DNA of 64,000 nucleotides, taken from assembly GCA_902464965.1 (NCBI GenBank), contig CABQLI010000003.1, positions 93 through 64,092 on the forward strand, written 5' to 3'. This document shows, in pieces, positions 10,544-20,566 of the stretch (within the stretch, counting starts at the first letter, position 1; every line of letters begins with the position of its first letter). Made by a program: the position numbers and the translations under genes. The stretch comes from an uncultured Collinsella sp. Its GTDB lineage: Bacteria > Actinomycetota > Coriobacteriia > Coriobacteriales > Coriobacteriaceae. Below the pieces are notes generated by a model. The model had not been told where the DNA came from and made no database searches. It saw only the letters and a program-made list of their open reading frames with translations.

Positions 10544-12334
10544 TCACATATCGTCATCGTTAACTTTCGTCTGGCTTTGTGATCTTTCATCCAACGCTTC
10601 TATCGCTTCTTTGAGGTCTTCTTGAATCCATTTGGACCTCAATCGACCCATTCGTGATTTCGATCCGACTTCGTCTAGCTGGGCTTCAATGCTATTCAGC
10701 CATTCAATGGCTTCGTCCAAACTGTTGTTATCAGGGTAATTCTTCATGCTTGAGTGGAAAAATGAGTGCAGCGATAGCTGAGAATCAGCATCTCCTTCAT
10801 AGATAGATTTGACAATGCACTCAACAGACAAACCTAACATCTTTCTTGGGGATTGGGATTTTATGACATCTTCGAGAAGTGCGGAAAGCGATATCCCTGT
10901 ATTCTGGTCAATTTTAGAAAGCTCGAACCTGATGGAATTTAAATCCTGCTTTCTTTCGTTGTGTTCAATGCTTGTTGCTAGAACCTCAATTATCTGACCA
11001 ACTTCCTTGTCGTAAAAGCCATTGAACATTGGTATTTCTTCTCTCAGTAATTTTGCGCTGCATTGAGGGTCACGGCTGGCAGCTCGTTTTAGAGAGTCAA
11101 TAAGTTTTTCGAGATTAGTCTCACCCCAGAACTCCAGATTTTTTAGTGCAACTGAAATGCTGACAATCTCAGGAAACCATCTATGCGAATACTGTCCATC
11201 AGACAATAGGGCTTCAAGCCGGTTCGCAAACGATTCAACTTGATTGTCTTCCATTGAACGCAGGGTATGCCATTGGTCAATGATGCCTTGGGCCTCAAGG
11301 TCTGCTGCAGAATCAGGGTTTTTAATTAGAACAAACTCTCTAAAGGAATCCTCAACGACTTTGGGACATACATTTCCCCCTTCTGTTAAGGGGGTTAGAG
11401 CCTTAGATATAAGTGAGTAGTATTCGTATTCCAGAACCTTAGAGTCATCAATCATATTCACGGCCATATTCGAGGTGTTAGGCTTCTTGGGAGTTTTACC
11501 TGCTGATGCCAAGACTGCATAACCGATAAATGAAGAGAGCGCCCGAGCCCTTCCAAGAAAGTCTATTGTCTTATCAACAAGAATTGGTGTTCCTAAAACA
11601 CAATTAATAACGGGAATCGATCTCGCTATGGCTCTCACATTGATGGTGGACGCTTTAATTCCATCGAGAATCGCTTTCTCAACGTTAAAGTCAATATGTT
11701 CGGGTAGCTGCATCTTGGGCTCAATCGTGACTTTATATAGTTCCTGAAAATCTGGCTCAAATGCAATTTGTCCCATAACCGCTTTTTCGATAGAACTGTC
11801 TTCCTCGAACGACAATGGCGTATTTCTGACGAGCATCACATGCCAGCCATGGTTTTCGACCATATTGTTGACGAACCCAAGAAAAGTCTGGTCATCTTGG
11901 GCAAAGTTGCTACGCTCGCAATCATCAAAAATCACGAGAACTTTCTTCATGTCAATTAAAGTCAATAGCAGATCGGGTTTAATTGACATTTGAATTCCAA
12001 GTTTAGCAAGTTTTTTACTAACTATCGAGTTTCCAGCTGCAAGTACACTCTTCTTGAGGACGTTTAAAGCGGCATCGAGGCGATTAATAGAGTTTTCGCA
12101 AAAATGAAATACTGAGGCCATAACTCTACTGAAAACTTCCTCATAATCGGAAACGCCGAATAATGAAACGCGGCATATCTTAATTCCAATTTCATCAAGT
12201 GCGGCTTTAAGATCGTGCTCACAATAATACGTTTTACCTGTACCCCATTCGCCATACAGGACTAACGCTTGAAGAGTATTGGTATCGCATTCCATGAAGC
12301 ATTTAACTTTCTCAGTTACTTCTTTTGCTTGCAT
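10544..12334 (-). CDS. KAP-family P-loop NTPase
   Basis: Walker A LYGEWGTGKT, RVSLFG, Walker B VIFDDCER. Confidence 0.85.
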   Translation of the reverse strand: MQAKEVTEKVKCFMECDTNTLQALVLYGEWGTGKTYYCEHDLKAALDEIGIKICRVSLFGVSDYEEVFSRVMASVFHFCENSINRLDAALNVLKKSVLAAGNSIVSKKLAKLGIQMSIKPDLLLTLIDMKKVLVIFDDCERSNFAQDDQTFLGFVNNMVENHGWHVMLVRNTPLSFEEDSSIEKAVMGQIAFEPDFQELYKVTIEPKMQLPEHIDFNVEKAILDGIKASTINVRAIARSIPVINCVLGTPILVDKTIDFLGRARALSSFIGYAVLASAGKTPKKPNTSNMAVNMIDDSKVLEYEYYSLISKALTPLTEGGNVCPKVVEDSFREFVLIKNPDSAADLEAQGIIDQWHTLRSMEDNQVESFANRLEALLSDGQYSHRWFPEIVSISVALKNLEFWGETNLEKLIDSLKRAASRDPQCSAKLLREEIPMFNGFYDKEVGQIIEVLATSIEHNERKQDLNSIRFELSKIDQNTGISLSALLEDVIKSQSPRKMLGLSVECIVKSIYEGDADSQLSLHSFFHSSMKNYPDNNSLDEAIEWLNSIEAQLDEVGSKSRMGRLRSKWIQEDLKEAIEALDERSQSQTKVNDDDM

Positions 12335-12475
12335 TGCCGTGAACTCCAGTCGATTAATATCTCACCTTGCAACACTTAGTCAAATGATTGTTAACCAGTT
12401 GATTGCCCATATCTTATGATGGATAGTATTAAACGTGCGTTCGTAGTTGTTGTGATTGTATTTTTCGAGACTAAT

Positions 12476-12519
12476 AGAGGGCGGGGTGCATCGGTTATAG
12501 CCGATACACCCCGCCCTCT
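12476..12519. terminator. GC-rich hairpin between herA and the KAP NTPase gene
   Basis: AGAGGGCGGGGTG...CACCCCGCCCTCT inverted repeat. Confidence 0.6.
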
Positions 12520-12573
12520 GCTCTCATTCACCAATAGCTCTAGAGAGTTCATTATTGCCACGCCGCCCCCTCC

Positions 12574-14424
12574 TTATCCACTGATTCCCCAGGCCTTTGC
12601 AAGGTCTCTATCGTAGCTCAGCGGCTGTTTTTCAAGGTCAAGAGGGTCAACCTGGATGCGCATCGGATACGCCGTCGCCGTCCCGCTCACTATGCACGAC
12701 CCCTGCGGCAATACCGGAATCATACTCAAGCTTGCCTTGTCTATGAAAGACACGGCTTTCGACACAGCCCTCAGATCCTCGTCATTAACAAGTCGATGGA
12801 TGAAGTAGTTGTGCATCTGGGAAAGAATCGTGGGCGAGATGTCGGCCGGCCTTTGACTACAAACCGTCAAATACATGCCGAATTTTCTGCCCTCTTTGAC
12901 TATTTCCTCGAATGTCTCCAGTCGATAATCGCGCCAGCTCTCGCTTTCGCGCTGGGATGAATAAGAAAGAATGTTGTGTGCCTCATCCACGACGAGGTGG
13001 GCGCTGCTCTTCAGATCGGACTGCCCGCGAGTTTTCTGCATCCGATACAGAGTCTTGGCGATAACAAGCGGCACGACTTTCTTCTGTTCAAGGTTCACGT
13101 CGCGAAGCGAAACCACCATAACGCTTTTACCGCCTCGCCAGATACAGCTATCCTGCGGTTCGTAGAGTTTCGAAGCCTCCGCAAGCTCCGAGGCGTAACG
13201 CTGGATCATTGGCGCTATGTGCTCTCGAACGGCAACGCCAGAGCGGGTGAGTTCGATAAGACGATATCTGACAATGAACTCAAGCAGCAATGGCGTATCC
13301 TCGGCCAATGCATCGCAGGGCAACTCCTCGATCCTCAACGAGGCAAAAACGCGCTCCGCATCCTCTGGGGAATTGAGATAAGCTGACGAGTTGCGCAACC
13401 GAAGTAGCGGCGGATCGTTACGCCTAAACACTTCTATCGAATCCAGCGCATCTTCGATATCGGTTCTATTGATGCCGGGCACAAGCGAGAAGAGTTTTGC
13501 GAGGTCATCGCGCTGCTCATCGAAAACCGGAGCCGATCCACAGTATCCGCCAAGAAGATTCTTTATCATTCCTCGCAGATACTGTCCGGAGTTATTAGCG
13601 TCCTTGACCTTTTGGGCCTTATTTATACAACGTCTCAAAAAAGGCCGCTGGGTCTTCTCAGTTGCTTTAGAGAGCATTGCCCACATGTCAACATCAAAAT
13701 AGAAATCTGAAGATACGGGAATTCGGTCGCCACCATTCCTCGTATCGAGCCTGTATACGGCTTTGTCGCGAGACAGCACAGAATCTGATGTATATTCGTT
13801 ATTAAAATCAATAAATAAGAATACGCTATCCTCTTGGCAAGTGCGCTGGCAGAGGCAATCCGTAAAGATCCGGCAAAGTGTATTCGATTTGCCGGAACCG
13901 GTATTGCCGAAGATGCCGATATGGCTCGCGAATAAAGCGTTGAACGGCAGCGTTACGTCGATCCCATCATGCCCAGCCAGGCTTCCCACTCGGAACCCAG
14001 AGCCGGAGATAGACGAGGTCGAATTAACAATCTCAAGCTTCTTTGGGGGAAGAAGGTACGTCTTCGATCTGACCAGGGGAAGAACTTCCACGCCGCGCTT
14101 GAATTTACCCGCAGCGAAGCTGCCGAATATCGAAACGTCCACGTAGCGATCCAGATACGACCCCGGAGCCTCACGTTTATTGGAATCAGCAGATGACGAA
14201 GCCCTGCGTTCCTGCTGATAATCCCCTTCTACGATACCTATCACATCGTCGTAGCCACAGGGAATTCGCACATATCCCCCAACTGACACCCCACGTACAA
14301 GCGAGCCGTGGAAGAACGTGCTCGCCTCGTTGGCTTCGCTGTATACCCTCACCTTAACCACGGTGCCTCGGACCTCGGCAACCTCTCCTACAAGAAGGAA
14401 ATCTTGGTCTAGCTCGTCGCGCAT
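12574..14424 (-). CDS. herA: HerA/DUF87 ATPase of a SIR2-HerA anti-phage system
   Basis: HIGIFGNTGSGKS, VVDEAH, KEGRKFG and SQRP motifs; overlaps the SIR2 stop codon. Confidence 0.9.
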   Translation of the reverse strand: MRDELDQDFLLVGEVAEVRGTVVKVRVYSEANEASTFFHGSLVRGVSVGGYVRIPCGYDDVIGIVEGDYQQERRASSSADSNKREAPGSYLDRYVDVSIFGSFAAGKFKRGVEVLPLVRSKTYLLPPKKLEIVNSTSSISGSGFRVGSLAGHDGIDVTLPFNALFASHIGIFGNTGSGKSNTLCRIFTDCLCQRTCQEDSVFLFIDFNNEYTSDSVLSRDKAVYRLDTRNGGDRIPVSSDFYFDVDMWAMLSKATEKTQRPFLRRCINKAQKVKDANNSGQYLRGMIKNLLGGYCGSAPVFDEQRDDLAKLFSLVPGINRTDIEDALDSIEVFRRNDPPLLRLRNSSAYLNSPEDAERVFASLRIEELPCDALAEDTPLLLEFIVRYRLIELTRSGVAVREHIAPMIQRYASELAEASKLYEPQDSCIWRGGKSVMVVSLRDVNLEQKKVVPLVIAKTLYRMQKTRGQSDLKSSAHLVVDEAHNILSYSSQRESESWRDYRLETFEEIVKEGRKFGMYLTVCSQRPADISPTILSQMHNYFIHRLVNDEDLRAVSKAVSFIDKASLSMIPVLPQGSCIVSGTATAYPMRIQVDPLDLEKQPLSYDRDLAKAWGISG

Positions 14425-15563
14425 CTTATCACCTCTGTAAGCTCATTGAGGCCAATAACCCCATTTTCTTGCGGTACGAGATAAAAGACGTTGTCCATGT
14501 CGGGAAAAAAGGCACGATAGCTATCAGCGGCTTCCCGATGATAGCAGGAGATAATGATTAGTAATTTCGGATTGGAGCGTGCGGCTCTTTTCGTGAGTTC
14601 ACGAATATGCTCATCGGCGAATGAAAACCCAAACACCAGGAGCAACGCATTGTTCCTGTCAAGCTCGTTCGCGAAAATGCGAAGCAAGTCATAGTAGCTT
14701 TGCTCGAGAACAGTTTCCTCGAATTTCTTCTTCGCGGGATTGACGACGCACATCGTTGAATCGTAATTGCGCCCGAATGCACGAATCAGCTCTTTTTCAC
14801 CTTCGGGCAGATTCGACGCCATTTTTTCCAACGTCGATATCCCATCCTCGTCGCAAGGCTTGACAATCAGTTCGTTCACGTTGCCAGCAACCGGCAGCTC
14901 GAGAGCCCCATCGCAGCCATCGAGGCATGAGGCGAGAAGATCCTTAAAAGCCGAATAGGTAATGGCCCCATCATCGTTGCGCCTCCACGTTAGGGACCCG
15001 TGGAGCTTAAGCACGTTAGCTGTCGTCACCTGAGACGTGTATTCCATGAATAGCGATTGTTCACACATGAGTCGACTGAAAGATGAGGAGTCGAACCTCG
15101 GAGACATCCGCCCCGCAAACCCATCATTAAAAGGAATCCCCAGCTCCTCGAGTGCTACCTCGATCAGCGGATCATAATTGGTGGTAAAAACATTCAGGCG
15201 CTTCGGGAGAAGAGTTGTTCCCCTATCGGAAATCAATCGACGAGCTGCCGAAAGAAAATTTTTTTGCTCCGGCGTTGGCGACGCATCATAAAGGGGCCAC
15301 ATTACAGAACGGAAGTACTCAAGGCGTAAAAGGCTTCGAACAATATTCCAATTGGAACTCGACCGATCGCGCAGACGCTCGTCAACTTCCTGAAACCACG
15401 ACTCCCTGTGACCGAGTGTCGGAACGACTTTCAATGAGAATGCCGACCCGATTAATATATTGACATGTGCATTGGCAAAGACTTTGCGGAGAAATGCTAG
15501 CTGTTCATTCCGAATGCCGCCATCAACGTCCACTTCAATTATGTCAGTCGATTTAGAAGCCAA
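14409..15563 (-). CDS. SIR2-like NADase of a SIR2-HerA system
   Basis: VFTTNYD, FNDGF, LKLHGS and FGFSFADEH motifs. Confidence 0.9.
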   Translation of the reverse strand: MASKSTDIIEVDVDGGIRNEQLAFLRKVFANAHVNILIGSAFSLKVVPTLGHRESWFQEVDERLRDRSSSNWNIVRSLLRLEYFRSVMWPLYDASPTPEQKNFLSAARRLISDRGTTLLPKRLNVFTTNYDPLIEVALEELGIPFNDGFAGRMSPRFDSSSFSRLMCEQSLFMEYTSQVTTANVLKLHGSLTWRRNDDGAITYSAFKDLLASCLDGCDGALELPVAGNVNELIVKPCDEDGISTLEKMASNLPEGEKELIRAFGRNYDSTMCVVNPAKKKFEETVLEQSYYDLLRIFANELDRNNALLLVFGFSFADEHIRELTKRAARSNPKLLIIISCYHREAADSYRAFFPDMDNVFYLVPQENGVIGLNELTEVIRCATS

Positions 15564-16071
15564 GGCAACTCCTTAGTCAAAACATCCACAAGATCCCGCC
15601 GACACCGAATGCTATTCCTTAAGAACCGATCGGTGCCATTAAGCTATTAATCGATATAGTATCGGATGATTATTAGCGAATGCATTGCCATCTTAACAAT
15701 CTTAGTCATCGGTGTTTCTATCTGAATGCCACCATAGCTTTATTGGATATACGCCCATTAAGAAAATCATCAGGCGAACTCCCCAGAACGGACTTAAGGC
15801 TAGAGCCGTGGGGGATCCCTGTGGTCACTTTTTAGGATATGCAAAAAAACGCTCTAGGCGGAAGCGATCCTCAAATGCGCACGCCGTGCTTCCCCGCTGC
15901 CACCACGCTAATGGCGTTAACTCAGCAGCGCTGAGAGGACCATTAAGGAGAACGTGAGACGCAGTGAGAGGCCTAACAGGGTCTTCCACCCGCAAAAAAT
16001 TCCGATGGTTCAAAATTAGTAATCTGAAAGATTATAATTAAATGTGCTAGACACATACGAAAGGCACGGAT

Positions 16072-16437
16072 ATGGACCTTCCCACTCTTATCGAAGCTTG
16101 TTTTAATGGATTGGCAAAAGGCGGAGCAAGTGCGCTAGGTTCAGGCTTGTGGGTATTAACCCAAAGGCTCATTTGCGGTCTTACGTCAAAATTTGTCACA
16201 GCCGATGACGTGTCTGAAGCAGATGTTTTGATCGAACTATCAGATCCAAATCAAATGATCAAAAAGATGGATGAATTTAGGCGCGATCCGGAATTAGACC
16301 GTCTCATAAATGCATGGGAACGTATGGCCACCGTATTTGCCAATAACGAGCTCGATATCGACGTTAACTCAACGAATAGCAACATCGTTATCGGAAATAC
16401 CGGGTCAAGCATCAACATATCGCAAAAGGTAGTTTGA
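16072..16437 (+). CDS. Bell-like helical effector with C-terminal N/S/I/V-rich amyloid-like motif
   Basis: N-terminus MDLPTLIEACFNGLAKGGASALGSGLW; C-terminus DIDVNSTNSNIVIGNTGSSINISQKVV; GAAAGG RBS. Confidence 0.7.
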   Translation: MDLPTLIEACFNGLAKGGASALGSGLWVLTQRLICGLTSKFVTADDVSEADVLIELSDPNQMIKKMDEFRRDPELDRLINAWERMATVFANNELDIDVNSTNSNIVIGNTGSSINISQKVV

Positions 16438-16457
16438 TAGTAACGAAAGCAGCGTCA

Positions 16458-18070
16458 ATGAGCACCCCCCCCCGAGCAATATTAAATTTGTCCCCATAAA
16501 TACACCAGAAAGAAACACCGTACAATTCGAAAAACTAGTGCTGCTTATCATCAGGGCTGACTACATTTTCAGTCGACTTGAAGAAGTATGCTCTGCAATA
16601 TTTGCCGACACCAGAATCCAATGCGTCTTTACAATACCTGAACCAAAATCAATAGTTGACAGGTCGCTCGATTTGTATTTGAAAGATGCCGGATGCATTT
16701 TGCTGCCATGGGATATTGCTCAGACCAAAAAATTTGACCTAGCAATAGCAGCAAGTCCTAATGGCGATTTTGAAAAGATTGACGCAACACTTTTGCTATT
16801 TCAGCATGGACCCGCATTAGGTAAATCGGGGGCATACGACTCCACCCTAAAAGCCATAAATCGCTTAAAGACAAGAGAATATCCGACATATATTTGCGAG
16901 CCGACTTCAAAGAGTGAAATAACCGACTTACCAGCAAATATTAAAACCGTTTATGTGGGCGATCCCGTTTTTGACAAAATCCTATACTCGGAAAAATATA
17001 GAGAAGAATACAGGGCTGCATTAAATTGCAATACCCAAAAGCTGGTAATAATCACTTCAACCTGGGGGCCAAATTCACTTTTATCAAATATAAGAACAAT
17101 TGCAGAAGATCTACTAAGGGAACTTCCATATACGGAATACAGAGTGGCGATGGTTCTTCATCCGTATATCTGGGCAGCACATGGCGAATGGCAAATAAAA
17201 ACATGGTTTAAAAAGGAGTTGTACGCAGGGCTAAAAATCGTTCCACATGAAATAGGCTGGGAAGCTGCGATAATTGCCGCAGATATCGTAATTGGCGATT
17301 ATGGATCAGTTACAAACTATGGTGCCTCAATAGGCAAACCGGTTTTAAGATACGAACCGAGCGAAGATAGCATCCCCAAGGGGATTGCCATAGTTGAGCA
17401 TGCAAATATTAATTCAATACCTATAAAGAACAGCTATAAGGCTCTAAAGGTAATTAGAGCCTTGGAAGCTGCGCCATTACAAACAAATCGCTTGGAGCCA
17501 ACAGCTTTTGCAAACGTTGGACACTCATTAGAATCGATTCAACACTTGGCATATTCGATACTAGGAATAAAGGTTGGTAACAAAGCGCCGGAAAAAACTC
17601 TGGCGCAACGACCGCGACCAATCCAGATAGATAATGAAATCTATCGAACCATAACGCTGGTAAAACAACAAAAAGGCGAGGCGATTCTTAACATAAAAGC
17701 ATTTAAAAGTTCATCATTGGATTACAACTGGGTATTCGATGGCCCCAGAATCCAACTCATAGAAAAGGAGGCGATGCCTTCAATTAACTTAGCACCACCT
17801 GAAATAGTAGTCATAGACAATACTCTTTCGAGTAAATTCATAAGCCGTTTAATGGACACACAAAGCGATACAACCAAGCTAGTTTGTATAAATAAAGACT
17901 CTGAATGGATAGCAATACTAAATAGAGTAAATCTGTTTAAGGTACAAACTGATTGTCCGAATAGCATATTGACCGCTCGAGCAATTTGGTACTTACTAAA
18001 ACATAATAAGACGCGATGCATATTAGCGACAATCAATAATAGCCACTTTGTTTCCCTAACGAAAGGCTAA
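16458..18070 (+). CDS. GT-B-fold glycosyltransferase/glycerophosphotransferase-like protein; likely start ATG 16458 is out of frame at a C9 tract (track calls GTG 16538)
   Basis: FQHG, VGDPVFD, STWGPNSLL, LHP and AADIVIGDYGSVTNYGASIGKPV motifs; the main frame is open back to the poly-C run. Confidence 0.65.
16465..16473 (+). repeat. C9 homopolymer just after the ATG; candidate phase-variation tract
   Basis: ATGAGCA CCCCCCCCC GAGC in otherwise AT-rich DNA. Confidence 0.7.
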
Positions 18071-20157
18071 GAGCTCACAAGTTGGATTTTGCCTGCAACG
18101 ATATTGCATTGAGCGACATCTCCCAACTGAGAATAAATCTCACTGGATATAGAATATAAACGTACCGCCTCTTCCTTTTTATTCAAATCGAACTCAATGT
18201 CCCCTAAAAGCTGATAAGCATCCGCAAAAACTCCGCTCAATCCGCCACTCGAGCAAGTTTCCAAGCAGCTACGCGCTAATGAATTAGCATTCTTGAGCTC
18301 GCCAAGTTTAAATAGACAATGAGCGACAAGCAACTCGATCTTTGAACGCATATTAGGTTCCAGTTGGTTGGCTGAACTCAACTCCGATTGGACTCTGTCA
18401 AGGGCCGATCGATAGTCGCCTTGTGCATAATAAGACTCCGCAATCGAGAAATTAGCGATAGCGATCCCGCGATAGTTTACGGGATCGCACTGCAGATACT
18501 CAGAAATTGCTGCCTCGTAGCAAGAGATTGCAAAATCAAAGTCTGCAATCCCCTCCCTTAATGTATGGCCCTTAAATTCCAGCAAAGAGCCTTTAAGTGT
18601 ATGATTTGTTGAATCACCTGACAGCTCAATGGCAAGCGAAATTGAAGTCGATGATTTTTCATACATGCTTAACCGTAGCTGGCAGCGAGATAATAAGGCA
18701 AGCATCCTAGATGCTGCATCAGAACGATCTAAGTTAACAGCCGCACGATGCCCGAGCGAATATACGTGAAGACCTCGGCTGAAGAGCCCGTTGTCATAGA
18801 TGAAAGTCCAACAGGAATCGGCTATAGAAAGCACCTCGGAATATAGTGAGAAATCGAAGGCCAAATCCAGGACAGAAAATAGTTCAAAACGAATTGAAAG
18901 AAAATAGTCTGCGGCATTTGATTGGTTAATCTCGGAAAATAAATCCGAGTCAAACAGAGAGCTAGAAGACACTCTTAACCGATTGGGGGTAAGCACATTA
19001 TCAAGTGTGACGATTAGGGAACAGTAGTACCGGACTACTGACCGAACAACAGCTTTAAAAGAGATGGTATCTTTCGGATTATAGGTTTTTGCATAATTAG
19101 AAATCTGACGATTCATCGAAATTAAAGGTCGTGAATCAAGGGAAGAACAAGACGCCATCCAAGCTGTTGACGAACGCTCGATGAGTGATTTTCCATGCAA
19201 AGCCGCTACCGCGCCTTTCATGCTACTTATGCAAGTTAAGGATGAAAGTGCAATTGGCCCTCCGCCAAGACGACCAAGCAAGGAATATAAAATTGAAGAA
19301 GGATCATCAAAATGTGCGACCTCAAGATCCAAAGCACCCATCAAAGGCTCTAGTTCTGGATTTGATAGGCTTGTAACAATATCTTTAAGCGAATAGACAT
19401 TGTCTCGTATCAAATACGCAGCCCTGCTCAAAACAATAGGCAAACCGTCACAAACATAGATTAATTGATGGAATAAGGGGTCGTTTTCAAGAGAATCGAA
19501 ATCGACATGATCGCATTCCCTCAACTGATCCCTGAGATAGGAGACAGAGGTTACCGAATTGAAAGAATTAATTGGAATGCTCTTAAATCTATGTAAATAA
19601 GATGCGCAGGCTTCTCTACAATTACCGGCAGATAAAATTAAGCATTCATCTGAGTTCAAAACTAGGGAATCAATATCAAGTGAATCGGAAACGTTGTCTA
19701 GGACAAGTAGAATTTTCTTCTCAAACGTGACTGATCTAAAGAGACTTTTTATATCAGATAGATTGGAAGCGCTTTTTATCGTTAATGATCGAATGACAAA
19801 TTTATAGAGCTCGTCGATATTAAGGGATCCATCAAGAGATCGATAGTCATTCAAATCAACAAAGATATGACCGTCCGAAAAACGATCAGCAAGCTCATTG
19901 GCATATTTGGTTAAGCAGTATGTTTTGCCGACTCCAGGAGCACCGTAAAAAAGAAATATTCGCTTTCCGGAATTAAGACTATACAAGAGAGAATTCCGAA
20001 TATCAATTCGATCAAATAAATCAGGAGCAAGTGGTAACTGATGAGGAATGGGGTTTACAGCGCAATCTTGCGTATGAACAATATTCTGTGTAATAGATAC
20101 CTGAGAATATGAACCGATTACATTGTTTGAAACAACATTCGAACCATCAATATCCAC
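18067..20157 (-). CDS. Bacterial NLR (NB-ARC + TPR) with N-terminal amyloid-like motif
   Basis: PHQLPLAP, Walker A GAPGVGKT, RFSDGHIFVDL, Walker B LLVLDNV, CDGLPIVL (GLPL motif), C-terminal TPR-like helices; only ~30 aa precede the NB-ARC domain. Confidence 0.88.
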   Translation of the reverse strand: MDIDGSNVVSNNVIGSYSQVSITQNIVHTQDCAVNPIPHQLPLAPDLFDRIDIRNSLLYSLNSGKRIFLFYGAPGVGKTYCLTKYANELADRFSDGHIFVDLNDYRSLDGSLNIDELYKFVIRSLTIKSASNLSDIKSLFRSVTFEKKILLVLDNVSDSLDIDSLVLNSDECLILSAGNCREACASYLHRFKSIPINSFNSVTSVSYLRDQLRECDHVDFDSLENDPLFHQLIYVCDGLPIVLSRAAYLIRDNVYSLKDIVTSLSNPELEPLMGALDLEVAHFDDPSSILYSLLGRLGGGPIALSSLTCISSMKGAVAALHGKSLIERSSTAWMASCSSLDSRPLISMNRQISNYAKTYNPKDTISFKAVVRSVVRYYCSLIVTLDNVLTPNRLRVSSSSLFDSDLFSEINQSNAADYFLSIRFELFSVLDLAFDFSLYSEVLSIADSCWTFIYDNGLFSRGLHVYSLGHRAAVNLDRSDAASRMLALLSRCQLRLSMYEKSSTSISLAIELSGDSTNHTLKGSLLEFKGHTLREGIADFDFAISCYEAAISEYLQCDPVNYRGIAIANFSIAESYYAQGDYRSALDRVQSELSSANQLEPNMRSKIELLVAHCLFKLGELKNANSLARSCLETCSSGGLSGVFADAYQLLGDIEFDLNKKEEAVRLYSISSEIYSQLGDVAQCNIVAGKIQLVSS

Positions 20158-20171
20158 AAAGACCCACCTTA

Positions 20172-20351
20172 TTAATAATCAACATGCAGCACATTATAGA
20201 CCTGGGCGAATCTTAGTAATAAAATCCGCTGCTCAGGCTGAGCGACGAGTAGGTCGTGTCTGTCGGTCTCAAGAGCGCGTTCAATCGCCTTGCGAAATTC
20301 GTTAGCAAGGAACCGCACGAGTTCCGTCTGGCTATCAAAGTTGCCGCTCAA
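20172..20351 (-). CDS. Small 59-aa ORF or gene remnant ending just upstream of the NLR start
   Basis: AAAGGAAG RBS then TTG; MSGNFDSQTELVRFLANEFRKAIERALE... Confidence 0.35.
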   Translation of the reverse strand: MSGNFDSQTELVRFLANEFRKAIERALETDRHDLLVAQPEQRILLLRFAQVYNVLHVDY

Positions 20352-20465
20352 TATATGCTTCCTTTAATGCAGACAAGGGCTATTATCAGTATCATATGAT
20401 TAATACACACGCTATTACAGTGCCCATGTTTTGAATTTGGACAGAAGAGCTATGCAGCAATAAAT

Positions 20466-20544
20466 TTCTACCAGGCTAGATAACATGTGATGATTCGGAT
20501 GCCTTGCGGCCTCGAATCATCACATGTTATCTAGCCTGGTAGAA
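20466..20544. repeat. Perfect 32-bp inverted repeat with 15-nt spacer
   Basis: TTCTACCAGGCTAGATAACATGTGATGATTCG and its exact reverse complement. Confidence 0.95.
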
Positions 20545-20566
20545 CAAAGATAGCAAAATAGTAGCG

